Assembly (NCBI GenBank): GCA_041737175.1
Contig: JBGSSF010000033.1
Span: 8,849-72,848 of the forward strand
Length of the DNA: 64,000 nt
Reading direction: 5' to 3'
DNA from: Bacteroidales bacterium
Lineage (GTDB): Bacteria; Bacteroidota; Bacteroidia; Bacteroidales; UBA10428
Every line of letters starts with the position of its first letter. Within the stretch, counting starts at the first letter, position 1. The notes under the pieces are model-generated. The model was not told the origin of the DNA. It saw only the letters and a list, made by a program, of their open reading frames with translations, and did not search any database. This document shows positions 7,824 through 16,948 of the stretch, in pieces. The position numbers were made by a program, and so were the translations under genes.

Positions 7824-10800
7824 TCATCGGCCCGTTACTTTTAAAACCTGCAGGGCGTCGTTATTTCTGGCGATCAGCAGTATCTTTCCGGTTGGGGTGG
7901 TCACTTGCATGATATCACGGATCTCACCCCGAAGATAAATTCCAGATAATTTTGGCGGAACCAGGCTGAATTCACCTTGGCCGTTACCCAACAAAAGTGA
8001 TCCGTAACCAGCGTCGTATCGTCCCACCTCCGGTTTGACATTGTACAGATTACCCCCCAGCAATATGTCCGGTTTGCCATCACCGTTATAATCACTCACA
8101 TCTGCCGCATAAACCGGTGAGAACTGGACTTCTGCTGACAGTGATTTACGCGTAAATTGCCCTGTACCATCATTGATAAAGAGGGAAGTCTCCAGCATAG
8201 ATACCTCCAGGTGAACGGAATTCTTTAATTGTTCCGGTGTAAATACATCCGTAATCTGCTGGTCTTTGTATAGCTCATACTTGGGATATTTTTGCGCGAG
8301 TGCCGGGATCTGCCCCACCAGATCATGTTTTAAAACCAGCGGATAGGATTGGTCACCGTCATAGGTGCAAATGATCTGCTCCGCGCTGCCGTTCAGGTCA
8401 AAGTCATTGATGTACATACCTACCGGTTTTTCAGGAGAGGCCTTGAACCTGGAATTCAACCCGTGGTTCCCGGCAATGAAATCCATATCGCCATCAGAGT
8501 CGAAATCTCCGGCAGCCAGGCAATTCCACCAGCCCTCCGTTTTTTCGGATCCGAAGGCGTCCTTCTTTTCCGAAAAACGGTTATTCTCATTCAAAAAAAC
8601 TTTCAGGGGCATCCATTCGCCTGCCAGGATCATATCCTGGTCTCCGTCCCCGTCCACGTCTTCCCAGAGCATATCGCGGACCATGCCAACATCCTTCAAT
8701 TCAGGCGCAATCTGTTGGGTTACATTGGTGAATTTACCTTTTCCGTCATTCTCCAGAATGTAGGATGTGACAGGCACGCCATACAGGAAGGGCTTGAGCC
8801 GGATACCGACAAACAATTCCATCACACCGTCGTTGTCAAAATCCTGCGCGCGAACACAAGACGTGCTTTCATATTTCCCGGCCGGCAGGACCTGCTTTGA
8901 TTTCTCAAAATGTCCTTTACCGTTGTTCATATACAAACGATCGGCCAATGCTGAAGAACTCTCCGGAAATTCATTGCTTCCGCTGGCAACATACAAATCG
9001 TTATCACCGTCCCCGTCGGCATCAAAAAGAGCGCAATCCGTGTCTTCTGAAATCTTATCTTCTTCAAACAAAGATTTATCAACTGGTTCAAAAGTGCCAT
9101 TCCTGCGCTGTATCATCAGTTCACCGGGTTGTTCTTTGGCTCCGCCTATAAAAATATCATCCAGACCGTCTCCGTTCACATCCCCCCGGCACATGCGCGG
9201 TCCCTCGGTCGACATCATGTGATAGATCAGCTTATCGCGTTCGAAATCGTTGAAGTCATCCTCGCGATGGACGAACTTGATTCTGTTTTCGACGCTTATG
9301 TCTTTAAAATATTTATTTTCATAGGTTTTCTGTCCTGTTTTTGCCGGAGATGCTGCAACAGCATCTTTCTGATGCAGGGTTAAAACCTGGTTGGTTTCCA
9401 CATTCGTCAGCAGGGTGACCCTGTCATCGGGCCACACAACAACCAGGGAATCCACCATGGTCAGGGAGCCCAGGCCGGCATTGGGACGGGGATCCACGGT
9501 GGATAAATAACCCCGCATGGGCATTTGTTCGAGGTATATCAGTTTGCCTTTATGCCGGATGGTCACTTTGGCTCCGAGGGCATCGGTGTTTCCGGGTTCT
9601 CCCTTAAGTATCAGTTTCAGATAACGATTTTCCGGAAACTGCCGGCTGGTCTCATTGCGGTAAACAAACATGGGCATGTTGACATTATTTACCACAAGGT
9701 CCAGGTCCCCGTCATTATCCAGGTCCCCGTAGGCAGAACCATTGGAAAAGCTGGGCGTATCAAGTCCCCAGTCAGCCGCTGTATTTTCGAACCGGTAATC
9801 CCCCAGGTTTTTAAAAGCGTAACTCGGAATCTTCACCGAAGGAATAGCATCGATCAGGGTCTTGTAATCCACATTATTGCCGGATATCACGGACATGACC
9901 ATATCGCGGTTTGAAAAATACTGAATATAATCCTGGTCGGTGAGGTCCTTGTAAATGCCATTGGCCACAAAGAGATCTTTCAATCCGTCATTATCAAGAT
10001 CCATGATCAGCGCGCCCCACGACCAGTCGGTGGCATTAACGCCGGCAAATCTCCCGATCTCGCTGAAAGTGCCATCCGTATTGTTCAGCTGCAGCATATT
10101 GCGGGTGAACTGGTAATAGTAATCATTTTCCACATAGGCTTTATAGCCCTCCCAGTTATCAAAAGTCGTTTTTGTTTTCAGGCGGTCGTTGTGTTCAGGG
10201 ACCATGTCGGTGGCAAAGATCTCCGGATAATGATCGTTGTTGATATCCGCCATATCTGCACCCATGGAGGCAGCGGAAATCGATGGCATCATCGCGGTGA
10301 GGCATTCCCGGAAGGTTCCGTCATGGTTGTTGATATACAGGTAATCCCGTTCGAAAAAATCATTGGATACATAGATGTCCATCCATCCGTCCTGATCCAA
10401 ATCCCCGACGGTGACACCCAGTCCGAAACTGATCACGCTGCCATAAATGCCTGCTTCCAGGCTAACATCCGTAAATTTTCCGCCATCGTTGCGGAACAGA
10501 TTATCTCCACCGAGAGAATCTCTCACCATGCGCTGATTAACCTTCAGGTTAAAACTGCCGATGGCTTTGGAATAATTGTTCAGCAAATACAGGTCGAGGT
10601 CGCCGTCCTTGTCATAATCAAAGAAAACACCCTGCGTGGAATTCCCGGTACCACCAATGCCATATTTTTCCGCCTGTTCCGTAAAGGTCATGTCACCATT
10701 ATTGATATACAAATTATTCCGGTTGGCTTCACCGGGCAGGTTACCGGAATTACACACATAGATATCCGTCCATCCGTCTCCGTTCACATCGGCAAGGCTA

Positions 10801-11192
10801 ACGCCGGTCGACCATTCGCCTTTGCCACCAATGCCTGCACAGGCGGATATATCTTCGAATACAAAATTGCCTTTGTTCAGATACAGCACATCAGGGCCTG
10901 TGTTGGAAACCATGAACACATCGAGCAGGCTGTCGCGGTTCACATCACCCAGGGCCACGCCCCCGCCATTGTAAAAATTCCGAAAGGTGTAAATGTTGAA
11001 TTTTTTCTTGAGTTGTTCGTCGTAATCGAGGTGATTGACAAAATCAGCATGAGTAACGGATGCCGGCAAAAGGGTAAACAAAGTATTTACTGATTTTTCC
11101 TGGGACTGATCCCTGCACGCAGTAAAAGACAGGAGCAGGAAAAGATGCCCGGCCCAGGACAAAGCCCTGGCAGATGGAGTTATTTTCAACAT
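7824..11192 (-). CDS. FG-GAP/VCBS-repeat + ASPIC/UnbV-domain lipoprotein, paralogue 2
   Basis: Same architecture (DVNRDSLLDVF, DVNGDGWTDIY, DLDNDGDLDLV; GAKVTIRHKGKLIYLEQ...). I moved the start to the ATG at 11192 (MLKITPSARALSWAGHLFLLLSFTAC lipobox). The 11345 start in the ORF track would overlap the upstream lipoprotein gene by 150 nt. Confidence 0.85.
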   Translation of the reverse strand: MLKITPSARALSWAGHLFLLLSFTACRDQSQEKSVNTLFTLLPASVTHADFVNHLDYDEQLKKKFNIYTFRNFYNGGGVALGDVNRDSLLDVFMVSNTGPDVLYLNKGNFVFEDISACAGIGGKGEWSTGVSLADVNGDGWTDIYVCNSGNLPGEANRNNLYINNGDMTFTEQAEKYGIGGTGNSTQGVFFDYDKDGDLDLYLLNNYSKAIGSFNLKVNQRMVRDSLGGDNLFRNDGGKFTDVSLEAGIYGSVISFGLGVTVGDLDQDGWMDIYVSNDFFERDYLYINNHDGTFRECLTAMMPSISAASMGADMADINNDHYPEIFATDMVPEHNDRLKTKTTFDNWEGYKAYVENDYYYQFTRNMLQLNNTDGTFSEIGRFAGVNATDWSWGALIMDLDNDGLKDLFVANGIYKDLTDQDYIQYFSNRDMVMSVISGNNVDYKTLIDAIPSVKIPSYAFKNLGDYRFENTAADWGLDTPSFSNGSAYGDLDNDGDLDLVVNNVNMPMFVYRNETSRQFPENRYLKLILKGEPGNTDALGAKVTIRHKGKLIYLEQMPMRGYLSTVDPRPNAGLGSLTMVDSLVVVWPDDRVTLLTNVETNQVLTLHQKDAVAASPAKTGQKTYENKYFKDISVENRIKFVHREDDFNDFERDKLIYHMMSTEGPRMCRGDVNGDGLDDIFIGGAKEQPGELMIQRRNGTFEPVDKSLFEEDKISEDTDCALFDADGDGDNDLYVASGSNEFPESSSALADRLYMNNGKGHFEKSKQVLPAGKYESTSCVRAQDFDNDGVMELFVGIRLKPFLYGVPVTSYILENDGKGKFTNVTQQIAPELKDVGMVRDMLWEDVDGDGDQDMILAGEWMPLKVFLNENNRFSEKKDAFGSEKTEGWWNCLAAGDFDSDGDMDFIAGNHGLNSRFKASPEKPVGMYINDFDLNGSAEQIICTYDGDQSYPLVLKHDLVGQIPALAQKYPKYELYKDQQITDVFTPEQLKNSVHLEVSMLETSLFINDGTGQFTRKSLSAEVQFSPVYAADVSDYNGDGKPDILLGGNLYNVKPEVGRYDAGYGSLLLGNGQGEFSLVPPKLSGIYLRGEIRDIMQVTTPTGKILLIARNNDALQVLKVTGR

Positions 11193-11193
11193 G

Positions 11194-11823
11194 CTATTTA
11201 TTTTCGAGATCTTTGATGAAATCTTCCGGATCTGGAGGGGTGCCGGGAGCCTGACCGGCAATGTCTTTTTCCACGAGCATATCCGTAAAAATAGCCCAAA
11301 CATAAAGATCATTCTCTTTAAAAATTGTAATGCGGCGGTTGCCATTTAAAAGAACGTAAGCTATGCCTCTTTTGGGATGTTTGACTGCAATAAAACCCTT
11401 ACCATAGACTTTTTCATACCAGTTCAGCACATCTGCCTGAAGGCTATCCGAGGAAAGCGCTTTATTCCAGGGGGCCCATCCTTTATATACAAACTTGACG
11501 GGCATTTCATATATTTCTCCGTTCACAAATGACGGATAAAAGTTCATGGTGGCGGGATATTTCAACTCATTTCTTGTGGAATATTCCACAGTAGTATTGT
11601 TGGATCCCTGCTTGATCAGGCCCGTCTTGTTAAGCTTCCAGCAATGCGTATAAAAATCCTTGTCAGGCATACCGAAGTATATCCCCATAAAGAGGGAGTC
11701 ATATCTTTCACCGCCGGATAGTTCGCGCTTTAACCTGCGTTCATATTTTGCTTTAGGCGAACAACCTGTTAATGCAATACCCAAAACCAGGCAGGACATG
11801 AGCCAAAGAAACACTCTTTTCAT
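11194..11823 (-). CDS. Lipoprotein of unknown function embedded between the FG-GAP paralogues
   Basis: The ORF-track start at 11835 is a TTG. The ATG at 11823 gives a classic lipoprotein leader (MKRVFLWLMSCLVLGIALTGC). The stop lies 1 nt before the next gene's start codon. Confidence 0.6.
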   Translation of the reverse strand: MKRVFLWLMSCLVLGIALTGCSPKAKYERRLKRELSGGERYDSLFMGIYFGMPDKDFYTHCWKLNKTGLIKQGSNNTTVEYSTRNELKYPATMNFYPSFVNGEIYEMPVKFVYKGWAPWNKALSSDSLQADVLNWYEKVYGKGFIAVKHPKRGIAYVLLNGNRRITIFKENDLYVWAIFTDMLVEKDIAGQAPGTPPDPEDFIKDLENK

Positions 11824-11831
11824 ATATATTG

Positions 11832-14800
11832 TCAATATTTGTAAAACTGCAAATTATCATTATTTCTGGCAACTGCAATGATCCGTTGTCCATTTATTTT
11901 CAGAATTGACAGGTCACGGATTTCCCCTCTGGTAAGAAACCCCGATTTCACAGAGGAGGCAGTATGCCAGGTTCCTTTCTTAGTTCCGCGGATCAACATT
12001 CCGTAACTCGCATCATATATTCCGGTCTGGGGTTTCGCCCGGTACTGGTTCCCTCCAACAAGTATATCACATAAGCCGTCGTGATCAAAGTCGTCAACAG
12101 CCAGGGCATAGACCGGAGAGAATTGCGCTTCTGCAGGGAGAGGAGTTATTTGGAAAATCCCCTTGCCGGTATTCATCAAAACACAGCTCTCCATGAAACG
12201 AGCCTGTAAAACAACCGACCGCTGAATAATCTCATCCGGAAAAATATCACTGATGACAGCTTCCTTATAATCAGCATGTTTCTTGTATTTATTCTCCAGG
12301 GAAGGGATCTGTCTGACCAGGTCATCTTTAATGGCCACCGGGTATGATTTTTCACCGTTGAAGGTACAAATGATCTGCTCCACGCTTCCGTTCAGGTCAA
12401 AATCATTCACGTACATGGTGATAGGTTTTGTTTCTGTGGCTTTAAAAAAGGAATTCAATCCGTGGTTGCCCAGCACAAAGTCAACATTTCCGTCTCCGTT
12501 CAGGTCTCTGGCAATGATGGTATGCCACCAGCCTTCTGTATTTTTCAATCCGTAGTGATCGGATTCATCCGTGAAATTCCCGTTGTTATTGATAAAAACT
12601 TTTACCGGCATCCAGTCACCCACGATAACCATATCAGGGTCATTGTCGCTGTCGATATCAGCCCAGCTCATGCCGGTGATCATGCCGATTTCTTTCAATC
12701 CGGGTGCCCGGATGGAGGATACGTTGGTGAATTTACCCTTTCCGTCGTTTTCAAGCAGGTAGCCGTTTACAGGCAAACCATAGGCAAAGGGTCGGAGGCG
12801 AACGCCTACAAAAAGATCCATGTCACCGTCGCGGTCAAAATCTTCGGGTTGCACGCAGGAGGTACTTTCATAGCGTGTAACCGGCAACATCTGTTTCGAT
12901 TTGGAGAAATTTCCATTCCCGTCATTGATATACAGTCTGTCCAGCAAAGCTGATGAACTTGAAGGAAATTCATTTCCCCCGCTGGTTACATAGAGATCAG
13001 CGTCCTGATCACCATCTGCATCAAAAAAAGCACAGTCGGTATCCTCAGAGATCTTATCAGCTTCAAACAGGCCCATATTGGTTTTTTTGAAATTCCCCCG
13101 TTTGACCTGCACGAATAAAGCACCCGGCGAATCCTTGGCGCCGCATACGAACGCATCATCCAACCCATCGCCGTTCACATCTGCAGTGGCCATATGGGGA
13201 CCCTCGTTGGAAAGCATTTCGAAAAGCAGCCGGTCCCGTTCAAAATCCACGAATTCATTCTCTTGATGGGTAAATGCAAAGCCCCCGGGTGGTTCCTGTT
13301 TTTGAAAAACCGATGAAGGTTCCTTACCGGGCATGCCCGGAGGTTTCTGAACAGCTTCTTTCTGCTCCAGCGTCAGGAACTGATTTACCATTATTTTTCG
13401 CAAAACGGTTATACTGCCATCGGGCCATTCGGCAACCAGGGAATCGATGGATGCGGATCTGCCCAGACCAAAATGCAAACGGTTGTCAACGCAGGATTTA
13501 AAACCACGCATGGGTATGTTTTCCTGGTAATTCATTTGGCCATCAGAGTAAAGGGTGACACACGTGCCAATGGCAGCCGTATTTTTCCCGGTACCTTTCA
13601 GGGTAAGCATCAGAAAATTAGCTTCAGGATTTTCCCGGGTTTCATTCTGGTATACGAACGAGGGCATGTTCACATTATTCACAACCATATCTAGGTCCCC
13701 GTCGTTGTCCAGGTCCCCATAGGCAGCTCCATTCGAAAAAGATGGGGTACCCAGGCCCCAGGATGCTGATAAATTGGTGAAGGTCAGATCGTGGTTGTTA
13801 TGAAAGGCATAATTGGGAACGGGCTCCGAAGGGATCATATCAATGACCTTTATGATCGCCTGTTCCTCGGTCCTGATCATATTCCGCATGGCGGCCGGAT
13901 TCGAATAAAAATCAAGGTAATCGCGGTCCAGCAGATCTTTAAAAATGCCATTGGCGACAAAAATGTCCTTCCATCCGTCGTTGTCAAGGTCCATGATCAG
14001 GGCTCCCCAGCTCCAGTCGGTTGTACTGACGCCGCTCAATCTTCCTATTTCACTGAAATGGTTGTTGCACTTGTTCAGTTGCAGCACGTTCCGGGCAAAC
14101 TGCCGGTAATACCCGTTATTCAGTTTCATCTGGTATCTTTCCCAGTCCTCAAACAAAGCTTTTGTTTTCATCCTGGAATTTCCTTCCGGGGTCATTTCCG
14201 TAGCGAAGATCTCCGGCCACGCATCGTTGTTGATATCTGCAATATCAGCTCCCATGGCTCCCAGGCTGATCTCGCGCAGCTGTTCCTCCAGTTGTTCGGA
14301 GAAAGTGCCATTCCTGTTGTTCATATACAGGTAATCGCGTTCAAAAAAATCGTTCGATACATAGATATCCGGCCAGCCATCCCGGTTCAGATCTCCCACA
14401 CTCACACCCAGACCAAAACCGATTTTACTGCCATAGATGCCCGCCTCCTGGCTGACATCTTTAAAATGGCCCCCGTCATTTCTGTACAATTTATTGGCTC
14501 CCAGGCTGTCTCGTAACTGTCGCTGATCCGGTTTGATGTCAAATTCAGTGACGGATTGAAAAGAGTTATTTAACAGGTAGCAATCGAGGTCCCCATCCCG
14601 GTCATAGTCAAAAAATGAAGCGTGATTTGAAAGGCCGAGTACGTCGAGTCCATATTCTGCGGCCTTTTCGGTGAATGTCAGGTCTCCATTGTTGATGAAT
14701 AATTCATTCTGCCGGTGGGTTTCGCCCGGGATACCGGATTTGCAGACATAGATATCCAGCCAGCCATCCCCGTTAATATCCGCAATGCTCACCCCGGTCG

Positions 14801-15170
14801 ACCACACGTCCCTGCACTCCACGCCGGCTTTTTTTGTAATATCCTCAAAAACAAAATTCCCCATGTTCAGGTAAAGCTTGTTGTCAACCAGGTTACCGCA
14901 AAAGTAAATATCGGGCAGGCCATCGTTGTTGAAATCGCCAAGACCGACACCTGCTCCGTTGTAAAAATTCCGGTAAGTGTAAGTATTGTATTCTTCGGTG
15001 AATTCTACCTGATTAACAAAGTCAATATGGGTGCGCTTTGCATCGAGGAGGGTAAACAGAGGATCATATGACTCACCGGGATGTTTGTCACCGCATGCAT
15101 AAAAAGACAGGGCTGTCAGAAGTGACAGTCCTGCCAATGCACCACTATTTCTCCGACTGATCAAACGCAT
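11832..15170 (-). CDS. FG-GAP/VCBS-repeat + ASPIC/UnbV-domain lipoprotein, paralogue 3
   Basis: Lipobox LSFYAC. FG-GAP loops (DFNNDGLPDIY, DINGDGWLDIY, DYDRDGDLDCY, DLDNDGDLDMV). UnbV_ASPIC-like segment (GTCVTLYSDGQMNYQE...RLHFGLG). Collinear with paralogues 1 and 2 over its full length. Confidence 0.85.
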   Translation of the reverse strand: MRLISRRNSGALAGLSLLTALSFYACGDKHPGESYDPLFTLLDAKRTHIDFVNQVEFTEEYNTYTYRNFYNGAGVGLGDFNNDGLPDIYFCGNLVDNKLYLNMGNFVFEDITKKAGVECRDVWSTGVSIADINGDGWLDIYVCKSGIPGETHRQNELFINNGDLTFTEKAAEYGLDVLGLSNHASFFDYDRDGDLDCYLLNNSFQSVTEFDIKPDQRQLRDSLGANKLYRNDGGHFKDVSQEAGIYGSKIGFGLGVSVGDLNRDGWPDIYVSNDFFERDYLYMNNRNGTFSEQLEEQLREISLGAMGADIADINNDAWPEIFATEMTPEGNSRMKTKALFEDWERYQMKLNNGYYRQFARNVLQLNKCNNHFSEIGRLSGVSTTDWSWGALIMDLDNDGWKDIFVANGIFKDLLDRDYLDFYSNPAAMRNMIRTEEQAIIKVIDMIPSEPVPNYAFHNNHDLTFTNLSASWGLGTPSFSNGAAYGDLDNDGDLDMVVNNVNMPSFVYQNETRENPEANFLMLTLKGTGKNTAAIGTCVTLYSDGQMNYQENIPMRGFKSCVDNRLHFGLGRSASIDSLVAEWPDGSITVLRKIMVNQFLTLEQKEAVQKPPGMPGKEPSSVFQKQEPPGGFAFTHQENEFVDFERDRLLFEMLSNEGPHMATADVNGDGLDDAFVCGAKDSPGALFVQVKRGNFKKTNMGLFEADKISEDTDCAFFDADGDQDADLYVTSGGNEFPSSSSALLDRLYINDGNGNFSKSKQMLPVTRYESTSCVQPEDFDRDGDMDLFVGVRLRPFAYGLPVNGYLLENDGKGKFTNVSSIRAPGLKEIGMITGMSWADIDSDNDPDMVIVGDWMPVKVFINNNGNFTDESDHYGLKNTEGWWHTIIARDLNGDGNVDFVLGNHGLNSFFKATETKPITMYVNDFDLNGSVEQIICTFNGEKSYPVAIKDDLVRQIPSLENKYKKHADYKEAVISDIFPDEIIQRSVVLQARFMESCVLMNTGKGIFQITPLPAEAQFSPVYALAVDDFDHDGLCDILVGGNQYRAKPQTGIYDASYGMLIRGTKKGTWHTASSVKSGFLTRGEIRDLSILKINGQRIIAVARNNDNLQFYKY

Positions 15171-15185
15171 TGCAGTTAAAAAGAA

Positions 15186-15212
15186 AGCAGGTAAAATTAA
15201 TAATTACCTGCT
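15186..15212 (-). terminator. Intra-operon hairpin between susD-like and the first FG-GAP gene (attenuator or partial terminator)
   Basis: Perfect 9-bp stem AGCAGGTAA/TTACCTGCT with a 9-nt loop. On the transcribed (minus) strand it is followed by TTTCTTTTT, 15 nt before the ATG at 15170. Confidence 0.4.
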
Positions 15213-15240
15213 CTCCTGAAGAACAATTTATGTTTTAGAA

Positions 15241-16929
15241 TTAGTAACCCGGATTTTGGATAAGGTTCGGGTTAGCGGATAATTTATCCCTGTTGATCGG
15301 GAATATTTTGAGATAATCGTCGCTTTTCAGCACATCGCCGGGATTATTAAAAGGAAGTGTCCATTTGGCATTGTCATCCCAAAATCCCCAGCGGATCAGA
15401 TCCTGTCTACGGTTATGTTCGGCAAACATTTCACGGCCCAGTTCATTGAATAATTCACCACCCGGAACGTCTCCCCCCGTGATGTCAAAACTTACCGGAC
15501 CATCCAGGGACGTCAGGTCAGCTAAACCGGCACGATCGCGGATATCGTTAACCAGCAAAAGGGCAGCAGCGTCTGTTGCACTAGCGCTCACTCTCCAGAG
15601 TGCTTCGGCTTTCATCAGCAGCACATCGGCATAGCGGAATACGGAAAAGTCATTGCTCAAGTTGGGTGTAGCACCGTTAGCAAATTCCCACTTACCGATC
15701 CTAATGCCGGATTGCCGCCAGGATTGAGGGCCAAGTTCATTGATCTGCGGCTGACCCGAATACAGGTTTCCGAAATTAAGAGGAGCGCCGTCCGGATCAC
15801 CTGCATCTGCTGAGCCATCCTGAACAATAACACCGCCTGAGGTGTATTGATAACCGGCCAGGAAATTACCCCGTCTTCCTGCAGGTGCGTCAACCGTACC
15901 GGCATCGCCCTTGCGCAAATCGCCGTCTTCATAAGAGTTGTAAAACTCCTCGAGTGAGCAGAAACCGTTCCAGGGTTGTGCTGTCAGGTCATAGGTAAAC
16001 TGGCTGCCATAGTGCAGGGTCTGCATGGGAAGGTTGAATCCCTGGAAGAAAACTTCGTCATACGGTATGGCAAAGATGAATTCCTTGGAACCGGCATTAT
16101 CCGTGTTGAAGTTGGTAAAGTAATTGTTTTCGAGAGAATACTTACCGGAATTTATTATCTCATCACAGGCTGTGATCACTTTGTTCCACTGTGGTGTACC
16201 GACATAAACCCCTGAATTCAGGTATATTTTGGCCAACAGGGTCATTCCGGCGTAATAATTCATACGTCCATAGGTCGTACCGTCCACTGCTTTTGACAGC
16301 AAAGGCACTGATTCTTCCAGTTCAGCTACAAGGAAATCATAAATTTCCTGCCGTGTTTTTGTCGGTGGTGTAGGATCTGCATTGGCAAAATCGGTAACGA
16401 GAGGCACATTGCCATACAGGTCAACCAGTTGCCAGTAGAAGAAACCACGTAAGGTACGGAGTTCTGCCACATAGGCAGCAGCAATGGCAGGGTCAATCTG
16501 ACCATTATCAGCCAAGGTTTCGAACTGAAAAATCAGCTGATTGGCTGTAGTCACCCCACTGAAGCAGAAGTCCCATGCGCCACCCGTTGCGCCATCTTCG
16601 AATTTCCAGGAATGCAGGTGAAGCCTTCTCCAGTTACCTCCGTCATCCCAGTCGGAACCCCTGGTGGGAACAACCATCTCATCGGTAGTGGTTTCCTGCA
16701 GATTGTTTATATCGCCTGAAGCATAACCTCCAAGCTGTGTATAGGCATTTCCCAAAGCAGCGATGAACTCTTCATCGGTTTTGAAGAAATTGTCAGGTGT
16801 TACCTCACTGTACAGCTCTTCGTCCAGGTTGGTACATGACTGGTTCACAGGCATCACCAATAAAACGGTTATAAAGGCTGTGATCAGAAGGAATGTTTTT
16901 TTCATTTTATTTCTTGCTATTGTTTTCAT
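15241..16929 (-). CDS. SusD/RagB-family outer-membrane nutrient-binding lipoprotein
   Basis: The 16971 start in the ORF track is a TTG. ATGs at 16929 or 16905 give the leader MKKTFLLITAFITVLLVMPVNQSC (lipobox). Conserved RYADVLLMKAEALW and the C-terminal NPNLIQNPGY typical of SusD homologues. Sits directly downstream of a SusC gene. Confidence 0.9.
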   Translation of the reverse strand: MKTIARNKMKKTFLLITAFITVLLVMPVNQSCTNLDEELYSEVTPDNFFKTDEEFIAALGNAYTQLGGYASGDINNLQETTTDEMVVPTRGSDWDDGGNWRRLHLHSWKFEDGATGGAWDFCFSGVTTANQLIFQFETLADNGQIDPAIAAAYVAELRTLRGFFYWQLVDLYGNVPLVTDFANADPTPPTKTRQEIYDFLVAELEESVPLLSKAVDGTTYGRMNYYAGMTLLAKIYLNSGVYVGTPQWNKVITACDEIINSGKYSLENNYFTNFNTDNAGSKEFIFAIPYDEVFFQGFNLPMQTLHYGSQFTYDLTAQPWNGFCSLEEFYNSYEDGDLRKGDAGTVDAPAGRRGNFLAGYQYTSGGVIVQDGSADAGDPDGAPLNFGNLYSGQPQINELGPQSWRQSGIRIGKWEFANGATPNLSNDFSVFRYADVLLMKAEALWRVSASATDAAALLLVNDIRDRAGLADLTSLDGPVSFDITGGDVPGGELFNELGREMFAEHNRRQDLIRWGFWDDNAKWTLPFNNPGDVLKSDDYLKIFPINRDKLSANPNLIQNPGY

Positions 16930-16948
16930 GACATTTTCGTTTTCAGGA

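Noticed and set aside
10191-11093. 300-aa plus-strand ORF inside FG-GAP paralogue 2. Similar long antisense ORFs occur at 8349-8900, 8767-9222, 9525-9914, 12462-12953, 13791-14516 and 14715-15071.
   Set aside because: All lie antisense to strongly conserved, repeat-rich coding sequence. Their translations are low-complexity (I/V/H/G-rich) with no recognisable motifs, leaders or start context. They are typical shadow ORFs produced by the codon bias of the opposite strand.
7824-11345. Long N-terminal extension of FG-GAP paralogue 2 as listed in the ORF track (start at 11345).
   Set aside because: The extension overlaps the upstream lipoprotein gene by ~150 nt and has no signal peptide. The internal ATG at 11192 gives a proper lipoprotein leader and sits 1 nt after the upstream stop.
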